DNA of 61,627 bases from Bacteroidales bacterium (lineage in GTDB: Bacteria > Bacteroidota > Bacteroidia > Bacteroidales > ML635J-15), in the NCBI GenBank assembly GCA_045112395.1, contig JBGUHW010000218.1, positions 1 to 61,627 on the forward strand, in the 5' to 3' direction. Below are positions 30,408 through 39,785 of this stretch, one piece after another. A model generated the notes under the pieces. It made no database searches. It worked only from the letters and a program-made list of their open reading frames with translations, and was not told where the DNA came from. Position 1 is the stretch's first letter. Each line of letters starts with the position of its first letter. The translations under genes and the position numbers were made by a program.

Positions 30408-31766
30408 TCATTTTAGTTTAAGACTTGCAAAATCGTTTTTGTATATTGTGTTACTGCTCATAACATTACGTTTAATAAACATAAGCATATATATCGGTGC
30501 ATAAATTATATTTCCACTGACACGCAAATTGCTGTTGCACAATACGTATGCCTTCTTTATATTATATGCTGACGAATCCAATACATTCTTCAGCGCATTG
30601 TGCCTTTCATAGTCCTTGCCCGACTTGACCTCAACTGGAATTATCTCCGCATCGTTTTCTATCACAAAGTCAAGTTCTCCCTGCTTCTTGCTATTGAAAA
30701 AATACAAATCATAACCGTGTATTTTTAGTTCCTGAGCGACAAGATTCTCATAAATTGCGCCATAATTTATGTTCACATCGCCACTTAAAACGCGAAGTGC
30801 AGTTCCGTCTGCATACTGTGATGCCAAAAGCCCTACATCGTTAAGAAACAACTTGAACAAATTGCGTTGTGCATTAAGTTTCAAAGGAAACATAGGCTCT
30901 TCTGCATTGTATGTAGGCAGTGCGACTCCAGCATCCTTAAGCCACAAGAAACTGTCCTCGTAGCGCGTAAAACGAGCGTGCTCGTTAAGATTCTTCAGAA
31001 TAAAACGCTTGTTCTTGGCATTCAGTTCCGATGGAATCAAGTCAAAAATCTCTTTTATGTAAAGTTTTCTGTTCAAATCATACTGAGATATGTCCCACCT
31101 GTACATAGTCATAATTTCCTTCTGCTTCTGTTGAACCGCATACATATCGTTGGTGTCAATATAGCATTGAACAGCGGCAGGCATTCCGCCAACCATCAAA
31201 TACAACAGGGTGAGTTTCAGCATCGAATTATGCACGACTTCATCCACAGATGTTTGGTTTTTCCAAGCTTCTGCAATGTGCAGTATTATTTCATCGCTTA
31301 TGCCCACAGCCTTTGCAAACTCGCACAAATCGAGAGGAAAAACTTCCTTCACATTTAGATAGCCAACTGGAACGCTACGCACATCGTTCAACTCTACACC
31401 CAACAAACTGCCACTCAACGCATATATGAAACTTCCCTCCTCGACAAGGAATTTAATCATTGTTACCACTTCGGGGCATTTCTGCACCTCGTCAAAGAAA
31501 ATAAGCGTCTTGCCAGAAACTAGTTGTCTCTTTGCATACGCCGACAGACGCAACAAAATCTCCGACACATCGCGTACATCCTTAAAAATGAGGGGGGCAT
31601 CAGCATTTTCCAGAAAGTTTATTTCTACCAAATCCAAGCCCTTTGCTTCGGCATACTTGCGTATAGCAAAAGTTTTACCCGTCTGCCTTGCTCCTGTAAG
31701 CATAAGTGCAGATTTGTTTGTATTATAATGATTATCAATGTATTTATCTAGATCTCGTTCTATCAT
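30408..31766 (-). CDS. AAA-family ATPase with DUF4143 / PD-(D/E)XK-like C-terminus
   Basis: GARQTGKT, IFFDEVQ, SGS, VGGMP, DVGLL, ELDFV...IPVEVKSG. Confidence 0.9.
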   Translation of the reverse strand: MIERDLDKYIDNHYNTNKSALMLTGARQTGKTFAIRKYAEAKGLDLVEINFLENADAPLIFKDVRDVSEILLRLSAYAKRQLVSGKTLIFFDEVQKCPEVVTMIKFLVEEGSFIYALSGSLLGVELNDVRSVPVGYLNVKEVFPLDLCEFAKAVGISDEIILHIAEAWKNQTSVDEVVHNSMLKLTLLYLMVGGMPAAVQCYIDTNDMYAVQQKQKEIMTMYRWDISQYDLNRKLYIKEIFDLIPSELNAKNKRFILKNLNEHARFTRYEDSFLWLKDAGVALPTYNAEEPMFPLKLNAQRNLFKLFLNDVGLLASQYADGTALRVLSGDVNINYGAIYENLVAQELKIHGYDLYFFNSKKQGELDFVIENDAEIIPVEVKSGKDYERHNALKNVLDSSAYNIKKAYVLCNSNLRVSGNIIYAPIYMLMFIKRNVMSSNTIYKNDFASLKLK

Positions 31767-31900
31767 ATTACACTTTTCTAAGTATTTTTACATATATTTT
31801 TGACACTTTTCCAAGATTATTTATGCCAATATTTGACATTTTTCCAATCTTTTTTCTTGGCAAAAATACAATTATTTCGTGACGCACAAAAATTTTTAAC

Positions 31901-31937
31901 AAAAAAAGGACGGCAGAGAACCGTCTTTGATTGTTGT
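31901..31937 (-). repeat. 37-bp direct repeat, copy 2 (terminator-like)
   Basis: AAAAAAAGGACGGCAGAGAACCGTCTTTGATTGTTGT. Confidence 0.85.
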
Positions 31938-32031
31938 TTTCCAGTCGATACTCGAGAACGACATACTTCGACTGCCCTTCGACTCCGCTCAGGGAGTAGT
32001 TCTGCGCAAGTAGTCCTCAACGAAGTTAAAC

Positions 32032-32058
32032 AAAAAAAGGCGGATTTCTCCGCCTTTT
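32032..32058 (-). terminator. Intrinsic terminator of pepD
   Basis: AAAAAAAGGCGGA-TTTC-TCCGCCTTTT. Confidence 0.8.
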
Positions 32059-32077
32059 ATATTCAAAATTACAATTC

Positions 32078-33535
32078 TTACTTTACAGGAACATTCTTCA
32101 AGGTTTCAACCAAGAACTTCCAGAATTTCTCAACCGAAGCAACATTTACTCTCTCAACTGGTGAGTGCGGATGTTCGATGGTCGGACCAAACGAAATCAT
32201 ATCCCAGTTTGGATAAACGAAGCCCAACAGACCGCATTCCAGACCAGCGTGGATAGCCATAACCTTTGCTTCCTCGTTGAACAGACGCTTGTAGCAGTCC
32301 TTCATTGTGTTGAGGATTGGCGAATTCATGTTAGGATTCCATCCCGGGTATGAGCCAGAGAATTCAACATTTGCACCAATCAGGTCGAAAACTGTACCAA
32401 TCTTGTACATTGTTCCCTTCTTAGCCGACTCTACCGAGCTACGGGTCAAGCACTTAACTGAGAAGTTGCCGTCCTTGCACTCAACTATTGCCAAGTTGTT
32501 CGAAGTTTCAACCAAACCAGGCATCGAGTCGCTCATTCTTACTACGCCGTGAGGGCATACGAATGTAGCCTTGATTATCTTTTCGCCGATTTCCTTTTCT
32601 GCAACCTTTGCAGGCATAGCAACCTTTGCAGCGCAGAGAGCAATACCCTTTTCGGTAGCTGCAAATTCGCTCTTGTAGTAGCCATCAAATCTTGCGACTT
32701 CTGCTTCGAAGTTAGCGCAGTCGGCATTAGCGATGAGAACTATTGCGTAAGCCTCGCGTGGGATAGCGTTGCGCATGTCACCGCCCTTAATTTCAGCAAG
32801 ACGCATATCGGTCTTGTAGAGGCAGTGGTTGAGGAATCTAACGAGGAGCTTGTTGGCATTTGCACGACCGATGTTGATGTCCATACCGCTGTGACCGCCG
32901 TTCAAGCCCTTAACGTCGATGCGATAAGCTGTATAACCAGCAGGAGCAGCACATTCGTCGTACTTCATGGTGACATTTACATCAACGCCACCAGCGCAAC
33001 CAACGTAAAGTTCGCCTTCTGTCTCGGAATCGAGGTTCATGAGGATGTCGCCCTTGAGCATACCAGCTTTCAGGTGGTTAGCACCAGTCATACCGGTTTC
33101 CTCGTCGATTGTAAAGAGGGCTTCGATTGGTCCGTGAACGAGATCCTTCGATTCGAGGACTGCCATTGCAGCAGCACAACCCATACCGTTGTCGGCACCG
33201 AGAGTGGTCTGGTTTGCGCGTACCCATTCGCCATCGATGATGGTTTCAATCGGGTCCTTGGTAAAGTCGTGAACCTTCTCGTTGTTCTTCTGCGGAACCA
33301 TGTCGAGGTGACCCTGGAGGATAACACCCTTGCGGTTTTCCATACCTGGAGTTGCAGGCTTGCGGATTATTACGTTGCCGATTTCATCGACTACAGTTTC
33401 GAGACCTAACTTTTCGCCAAATTCCTTAACAAAAGCCACAACCTTTGCTTCATGCTTCGATGGACGCGGAATCTGTGTCAGTGAATAGAAATTCTTCCAT
33501 ACACCCTGTGGATTCAATTTTGTGATTTCACTCAT
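32078..33535 (-). CDS. pepD: Aminoacyl-histidine dipeptidase (M20)
   Basis: LQGHLDMV, TTLGADNG, DEETGM, GGHSG, IHAGLECG, HSPVER. Confidence 0.96.
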   Translation of the reverse strand: MSEITKLNPQGVWKNFYSLTQIPRPSKHEAKVVAFVKEFGEKLGLETVVDEIGNVIIRKPATPGMENRKGVILQGHLDMVPQKNNEKVHDFTKDPIETIIDGEWVRANQTTLGADNGMGCAAAMAVLESKDLVHGPIEALFTIDEETGMTGANHLKAGMLKGDILMNLDSETEGELYVGCAGGVDVNVTMKYDECAAPAGYTAYRIDVKGLNGGHSGMDINIGRANANKLLVRFLNHCLYKTDMRLAEIKGGDMRNAIPREAYAIVLIANADCANFEAEVARFDGYYKSEFAATEKGIALCAAKVAMPAKVAEKEIGEKIIKATFVCPHGVVRMSDSMPGLVETSNNLAIVECKDGNFSVKCLTRSSVESAKKGTMYKIGTVFDLIGANVEFSGSYPGWNPNMNSPILNTMKDCYKRLFNEEAKVMAIHAGLECGLLGFVYPNWDMISFGPTIEHPHSPVERVNVASVEKFWKFLVETLKNVPVK

Positions 33536-33702
33536 AATTTTATTTGTTTTTTAATTTGTTTGAAATTTTATTTAGTGATGGCAAATGTAAGAAATATTTC
33601 TGAATCGCAAACCTAAAATAATGATAATTTGTATCGCACATCAAACCATCATAAACCAGAATCATGTACAATCGCTGTGCGCCAAAACGCAACAAGATTT
33701 GT

Positions 33703-33842
33703 GGGCTAAAAGGCTAAAAGAAGAGAAGGCTAAAAGTCTAGCAGAAGGCCGGCCAATCTGTCTGCAAGTCTGTCAGCCTGTGAGACTGCAAGACTGTCAG
33801 ACTGTGAGCCTGTTAGCCTGTGAGACTGTTAGACAGCAAGCC
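33703..33842. repeat. Octamer element (AAAGGCTA arm, core, TGTNAGMC arm)
   Basis: Left part is the near reverse complement of 9306-9345; right part has about 8 tandem octamers. Confidence 0.85.
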
Positions 33843-33964
33843 TTCAAGCACCATTTCGGCATGCACATTGCAATATAAAATACCTGTTGTTAAAATAATT
33901 TTAAGGTTACAATACCGTTTATAAACGGATAGTTTCGTATATTTGCAGTTTAAATTTTTATGAG

Positions 33965-35032
33965 ATGAAAAAGGTCTTGTTCATTATTATAGCGGTTATC
34001 TGTGGTGCACAAGTCGTTAACGCACAGATAAAATGGATGGGCATAGAAGAAGCCATGCGCAAGCAGGACTCGATGCCCAAGACGGTAATGATTGACATGT
34101 ACACCGACTGGTGCGGATGGTGCAAGAAGATGGATGCCGAAACCTTCAGCAACCCCGAACTGGCAGCATACATAAACGCCAACTTCTACCCTGTGAAGTT
34201 CAATGCCGAAACCACCGACACCATAATGTTCCCCGTAAAGCACACCGACGAGAAAACTGGCGAAAAAGTCACAGAACTCAAGCCCTTCATAAATCCGCAG
34301 ATTGGCAACCGCTCATCGCACATGCTTGCACAAATGCTACTAAGCGGACGTATGTCGTATCCGTCAACAGTTTTCATCGACTTCGAAGGCAACATAGCTC
34401 CTGTGCCCGGGTTTATGACAGTAGAAAACTTTGAACCTTTATTAATATATTTTGCCGAAAGAATCAACAAATACAGCGCATGGGACGAATACATGCAATG
34501 CTTCAACGCCGCCTTCCGTCCAGAACTCGACACAATAGAAATGTTCAACGGCACTATCGACTGGATGGACTTCAACAAGGCAGTGGAAAAAATGAAAACT
34601 CAGCCTAAGAAACTCCTGCTCTACATTTATTCCGACTGGAACTCAAGCAGTAAGATAATGCTCGGCGGTTCGTTCAAGGAGAAAGTCATTGCCGACTATA
34701 TAAACAAAAACTTCTACGCAGCTAAAATACCTTACGATATTGCCGATACGCTGACAATTGCAGGCAAGGCATTCGTAAACGAAACCAAGCAAGTGCAGTT
34801 CCCTCACCAGCTTGTGCTGTCGTTGCTTCACCCCGACTACAGGATTCCCGCTTTCGTGATTTTTGATGAAAACGCAACCCATCCTTTGTTCGTGCAACGC
34901 GGATTCTCATCATACACAACCATCGAGAAACTGCTGACATATTTCGGTGATGACCTGCTAAACAAAAATGTTGACCTGCAAAAATACTACGACGAATACA
35001 AATCAAAATTAAGAGACAAGAAAGATAAATAA
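33965..35032 (+). CDS. Exported thioredoxin-family protein (DUF255-like), two domains
   Basis: YTDWCGWCKKMD in domain 1; domain 2 YSDWNSSSK lacks cysteines. Confidence 0.85.
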   Translation: MKKVLFIIIAVICGAQVVNAQIKWMGIEEAMRKQDSMPKTVMIDMYTDWCGWCKKMDAETFSNPELAAYINANFYPVKFNAETTDTIMFPVKHTDEKTGEKVTELKPFINPQIGNRSSHMLAQMLLSGRMSYPSTVFIDFEGNIAPVPGFMTVENFEPLLIYFAERINKYSAWDEYMQCFNAAFRPELDTIEMFNGTIDWMDFNKAVEKMKTQPKKLLLYIYSDWNSSSKIMLGGSFKEKVIADYINKNFYAAKIPYDIADTLTIAGKAFVNETKQVQFPHQLVLSLLHPDYRIPAFVIFDENATHPLFVQRGFSSYTTIEKLLTYFGDDLLNKNVDLQKYYDEYKSKLRDKKDK

Positions 35033-35040
35033 CAATCGAG

Positions 35041-36978
35041 ATGCTTAAACGAATCATAATACTCCTCATTCCTGCAATTTTTGCCGTTTGCGGTGCAACG
35101 GCACAAGTAAACATTGAAATTTCACAGGAAAAAGTCCTCGAAAACGGACAAAAGTTCTATTTGCACACAGTTCAGCAAGGACAAACATTGTACTCAATAT
35201 GCAAGGCGTATTCTGTAAAGGAAAAGGATGTCCTTAATGTCAACCCTGAATTGCAGACCGGAACACTATCAATAGGTCAGATTATAAAGATTCCGATTGA
35301 AAACGAAATATCAAAGGACGGCAAGTACATTGTTTACATGGTAAAGAAAGGCGAAACTCTATATTCGCTACTCAAACGCTTCAATACCACCGAAAAGGAA
35401 TTCTACGAAGCCAATCCTAAGCTGAGCCGTAACGAAAGCATAAAGGCCGGAGATGAAATATACTTCCCCATAAAGGAAAAAACAGAAGAAAATACGGCGA
35501 CAGTAAAACCCGAAGAAGAAACAAAGCCTACACCAATCGTAAGACCTCGCGACGAAACCAAATACATTTACCACACAGTAGAAAAAGGCGAAACCCTATA
35601 CAAAATTACCAAGAAGTACGAAACCAGCCTTGACGAACTTGTCGCCGAAAACCCAAATCTAGCCGACCGTCCTCTGTCAATAGGCGAAACAATACGCATA
35701 CCTCGCAAACAGACGGCAAGCGAAACTAACACTCCTACAGTTCGTCCAGTTGCAAACACCGACAATGACGACACTGAAAACGAACAAACAAATAATGTCC
35801 GCCCCGTGAAAAACAACGATTTGGAAACCGAAGAGCCTGATTCTGCATCCATCTACACCGACAAGAAAAATTTCACAGTGGCATTGCTGATGTCGTTCGA
35901 GACTAGCGCCAACCTTCGTGACCTTGCCAACCAGGAAAAACGTAAAGTCCCACAAAAGATACGCACCGCAACCGAAAGAGCTGTAGATTTCTATTCGGGA
36001 TGCCTTGTCGCTCTCGAAAATTTCAGGCACGAGGACATACACATAACTTTCAAGACATACGATATCGGAAAGGACAACACAATACTTACCGAAATGGTTG
36101 ACGGCGGAAAACTCGACAACATTGACATGATAATAGGTCCTGCATACAAGAGCCAAGTCGATTACTTGAATTCACTCAACCTCGGCATACCGATGCTTCT
36201 GCCGTTCATAACCGACGAAAGCGTACTAAAAAACTACCCCAACAACATCATGCTTAACCCAAGCAAACAAGACATCCGCAACGAAGTCGCCAAGTATGCC
36301 GCACAGATTGGCAACTGCAACGCACTGATCATAAAGGGAACTTCCGATGAATCAAAATCATCTTCGGCAAAATACCTCGAAGCCATGCAGAATGCAGGTG
36401 TAGAAGCCACAGAATTGAATTTCAACGGCAGTAGCATCGAAGCCATTGGAAGCGCATTGCAGAAAGGAAAAGAAAACCTGATTGTAGTGACATTCGAAAA
36501 CGAAATGGCAATTACAAGGGTGCTCACGCAAGTTTTCAAACTCTGCGAGGACAACAAGATAATCCTCATCGCCGACCCAAAGATTATGAACTACGAAAGC
36601 ATAGATCCTAACTATTATGCAGAAGTAAGATTCGCTTACTATTCCAACATCAGCATAAACTACAAGAACCTGGATGTCAAGTCGTTCATAAGCAAATTCC
36701 ACAGTGCATTTCTCTGCGAGCCCAACACCGACGCATACATCGCTGCCGATGCAATCAACTATTTCATTCCTCAGCTACAGAAGGCTGGGAAAAATTTCAC
36801 AAGCATTTTAGACCAGAACTATGTACAGGAAGGACTTGGCGGAAAAAGACAATATGTAAGCGCAAGCGGATACAATCCGAAATCGTACAGCAACAAGGAT
36901 GTTTACATCTACTCCATACAAAAGGACTATTCTTTCTCCATCGTATATCCGACAACCGAAAATTCAAACAACAAATAA
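35041..36978 (+). CDS. LysM-repeat protein with C-terminal periplasmic-binding-protein-like domain
   Basis: Three HTV/MV-x-x-G-[EQ]TLY repeats; DFYSG, IIGP motifs. Confidence 0.88.
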   Translation: MLKRIIILLIPAIFAVCGATAQVNIEISQEKVLENGQKFYLHTVQQGQTLYSICKAYSVKEKDVLNVNPELQTGTLSIGQIIKIPIENEISKDGKYIVYMVKKGETLYSLLKRFNTTEKEFYEANPKLSRNESIKAGDEIYFPIKEKTEENTATVKPEEETKPTPIVRPRDETKYIYHTVEKGETLYKITKKYETSLDELVAENPNLADRPLSIGETIRIPRKQTASETNTPTVRPVANTDNDDTENEQTNNVRPVKNNDLETEEPDSASIYTDKKNFTVALLMSFETSANLRDLANQEKRKVPQKIRTATERAVDFYSGCLVALENFRHEDIHITFKTYDIGKDNTILTEMVDGGKLDNIDMIIGPAYKSQVDYLNSLNLGIPMLLPFITDESVLKNYPNNIMLNPSKQDIRNEVAKYAAQIGNCNALIIKGTSDESKSSSAKYLEAMQNAGVEATELNFNGSSIEAIGSALQKGKENLIVVTFENEMAITRVLTQVFKLCEDNKIILIADPKIMNYESIDPNYYAEVRFAYYSNISINYKNLDVKSFISKFHSAFLCEPNTDAYIAADAINYFIPQLQKAGKNFTSILDQNYVQEGLGGKRQYVSASGYNPKSYSNKDVYIYSIQKDYSFSIVYPTTENSNNK

Positions 36979-36990
36979 AACGGAAGGACA

Positions 36991-38379
36991 ATGGGCGCAC
37001 TTACAATGACCGTACAATTGCTTTTGGCGCTTTCGCTATTGGTTGTCATACATGAGTTTGGACATTACCTTGCAGCAAAGGCTTTTGGCGTAAGAGTAAA
37101 GAAGTTCTATCTATTTTTCGACTTTCCAATGTTCTTCACAGCACCGACTTTTGCATTGTTCCGTGCAAAAAAGGTAAACGGCAAGTGGATATTCAGTTGG
37201 TTTAGCCGCAATGCTCCAAAGGAATACGAAGAAGACGAAACATCAACCGAATGGGGCATCGGATACTTCCCGCTTGGTGGCTACTGTGCAATCGACGGAA
37301 TGGTCGACGAAACCACATCGTCAGACCAGCTGCCAGCAGAACCGAAACCATGGGAATTCCGCACCAAACCAGCATGGCAGCGACTGATAATAATGATTGG
37401 CGGAGTGACCATGAATGTAATTGCCGCTGTGCTGATTCTTGGATTTTCGCATCTCGCATTTACCAAGGCATATCTCCCTGTCGAGAATGTTACCGAAGGC
37501 ATTTATCCTTCCGAATATGGTCGCTTCCTTGGATTTGAGACTGGCGACAAGATTGTTGCAATAAACGGCAACGATGTGGAACGCTACGAAGATGTCTTTT
37601 CTGCAAAATTGTTCTTTGCCAACTCAATAACAGTTGACCGCAATGGCTACCGCAAGGAAATTGAAATTCCTGATACGCTGTACTCGTACATGAAAAGCGG
37701 CGGAATGTTGTTCGACCTGTCGAACCACGAAGTGTTCATCGACAGCGTAGTAAGTGGAATGTCGGCAGACAAGGCTGGCATCAAGGCGAATTCGCGGTTG
37801 CTGAAAATTGACAATGTGGAAGTCCAAAGTTTCGGACAGATGCGCGACCTGCTCAATCACAACAAAGGCCGCCAGCTCGACTTTGTACTTTCCTCCAATG
37901 GTAGCGAATACACCGCGCCTGTGGAAATCGACAGCACAGGCAAAATAGGCGTTTTTGTAAAACAACCGCAGTACGAGACAAGAAACTACACGCTTGCAAG
38001 CGCAATGAAGTACGGCTGGCGCGATGCTATGGAAACACTTTACGCCAATATAAAAGGCTTCGGTCTGATTTTCAGCGGAAAGGAAAGCGCACGCGAAAGT
38101 CTGCAAGGACCTATAGGCATAGCAAAAGTGTACGGACCAATATGGGATTGGGCAAGATTCTGGAAACTGACAGGAATAATTTCCATTATCCTTGCATTCA
38201 TGAACATCCTGCCTATTCCAGCTTTAGACGGCGGACATGTACTGCTTCTGGCAATCGAGGCAATTACACGTCGCAAACTCCCAAACAAGGCTCTCGACAT
38301 AATACAAAGAATCGGACTGATTATTTTGCTAATACTCATGGTATTCATAATCTTTAACGACATACTAAACCTTTTCTAA
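36991..38379 (+). CDS. rseP: RIP metalloprotease RseP
   Basis: HEFGH, PLGGY, PDZ domains, NILPIPALDGG. Confidence 0.96.
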   Translation: MGALTMTVQLLLALSLLVVIHEFGHYLAAKAFGVRVKKFYLFFDFPMFFTAPTFALFRAKKVNGKWIFSWFSRNAPKEYEEDETSTEWGIGYFPLGGYCAIDGMVDETTSSDQLPAEPKPWEFRTKPAWQRLIIMIGGVTMNVIAAVLILGFSHLAFTKAYLPVENVTEGIYPSEYGRFLGFETGDKIVAINGNDVERYEDVFSAKLFFANSITVDRNGYRKEIEIPDTLYSYMKSGGMLFDLSNHEVFIDSVVSGMSADKAGIKANSRLLKIDNVEVQSFGQMRDLLNHNKGRQLDFVLSSNGSEYTAPVEIDSTGKIGVFVKQPQYETRNYTLASAMKYGWRDAMETLYANIKGFGLIFSGKESARESLQGPIGIAKVYGPIWDWARFWKLTGIISIILAFMNILPIPALDGGHVLLLAIEAITRRKLPNKALDIIQRIGLIILLILMVFIIFNDILNLF

Positions 38380-38380
38380 A

Positions 38381-39202
38381 ATGAAACGTATTATTTTCAT
38401 AATGCTTGCTGTAATTTCTTCCGTAACAATAACATACGGACAGGAATACCTTGATTTCAACAGCAGGTACAACAGGCAGAAAAGAGTGCTGTTAGTCCCA
38501 TTCGACGAAAGGATATACTTCAACGATGCCACAGCCGACATCGCAAGACGCGACAGACTTACACACGACGAGATTATGGAATATTTCCGCTACCAGCTAA
38601 ATTTGCAACTGACCAATGCGCTAAACGATTCGTGTGAAGTTGTTGACCTGCTAAAAAATAATACCCGCGAAGATGAAGCCGATATTTCGGGACTATATAC
38701 CACAATGTCGTACGAATTGCGACTTGCCGAATTAGAACTCGACACTGAGAACATGGGGGCTCTTGCGAAAAAAAGAGCTGAAAAATTGGAAGAAGCAAGA
38801 CGCAAGCAACGCGAAGAGGAAATGCGAAACGCCCGCCCCGGAATGCAAAATGGTGAACTCGTTGGTCGCAAGCAACAAACCGACGACATGTACTTGCATA
38901 TAATAATCGGTCAACCCGAAGTGCTGAAAGAAATAGCTAGCCGTAGAAACATTGATTACTTCCTGTTCATCAACCAGTTCGACATAAAGACCGACTACCG
39001 CGACCCGTACATAAGCGGACAAAGGAATGTACAACGGCTTATGCGCGTGCACTTCAGCATATACAACACCAACGGAGAATTTATTTCTGGAAACTACGCC
39101 AGCACCAAAGTGCCAATTTACGAAGACGACAAGGAACGTATTGTAAACCAGTACTTCCCCGATATTATGCGTCAAATCTTAAAGAAAATAAAATTCAATT
39201 GA
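38381..39202 (+). CDS. Hypothetical exported protein
   Basis: 273-aa ORF in operon; signal peptide. Confidence 0.75.
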   Translation: MKRIIFIMLAVISSVTITYGQEYLDFNSRYNRQKRVLLVPFDERIYFNDATADIARRDRLTHDEIMEYFRYQLNLQLTNALNDSCEVVDLLKNNTREDEADISGLYTTMSYELRLAELELDTENMGALAKKRAEKLEEARRKQREEEMRNARPGMQNGELVGRKQQTDDMYLHIIIGQPEVLKEIASRRNIDYFLFINQFDIKTDYRDPYISGQRNVQRLMRVHFSIYNTNGEFISGNYASTKVPIYEDDKERIVNQYFPDIMRQILKKIKFN

Positions 39203-39203
39203 T

Positions 39204-39785
39204 ATGAAACTCGTTCTTGCAAGCAACAACAAGCATAAACTCGAAGAAATGAGAGGAATTCTTGGCAACGACATTGAAATACTGTCGCTTGCAGACATCA
39301 ACTGCCACGACGAAATCCCCGAAGAACAGGACACTATAGAAGGCAATGCTCTGCAAAAGGCAAGATATATACACGATAAGTATGGACTCAACTGCTTTGC
39401 CGACGATACTGGACTAGAAGTGGAATGCCTCAACGGAGAACCAGGAGTTTATTCGGCTCGATATGCTGGCGAACACCCAACTTTCGACGACAACATTGCA
39501 AAACTGCTCGCCAATATGAAAGGACACGAAAACCGCAAGGCAAGGTTCAGAACTGCAATCGCACTGATACTAAACAACAAGGAACATATATTTGAAGGTG
39601 AGGTAAAAGGTCGTATCATCGAAGAATATCGCGGATACAACGGCTTTGGCTACGACCCTGTATTTCTTCCCGACGGATACTCCGAAACCTTTGCCGAACT
39701 CCCAGCCGAAATTAAAAACAAAATCAGCCACAGAGGCAATGCAGCAAAAAAAATGGCAGCATTTCTAAAAGAACACCAAGAATGA
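39204..39785 (+). CDS. rdgB: Non-canonical purine NTP pyrophosphatase
   Basis: [36 protein letters not shown]. Confidence 0.96.
   Translation: MKLVLASNNKHKLEEMRGILGNDIEILSLADINCHDEIPEEQDTIEGNALQKARYIHDKYGLNCFADDTGLEVECLNGEPGVYSARYAGEHPTFDDNIAKLLANMKGHENRKARFRTAIALILNNKEHIFEGEVKGRIIEEYRGYNGFGYDPVFLPDGYSETFAELPAEIKNKISHRGNAAKKMAAFLKEHQE

Noticed and set aside
32549-33409. Long antisense ORFs (also 6947-7783, 27431-28111 and others)
   Set aside because: Shadows of real genes caused by codon bias
33621-33878. 85-aa Cys-containing ORF
   Set aside because: Periodic residues come from octamer repeats; no other coding evidence
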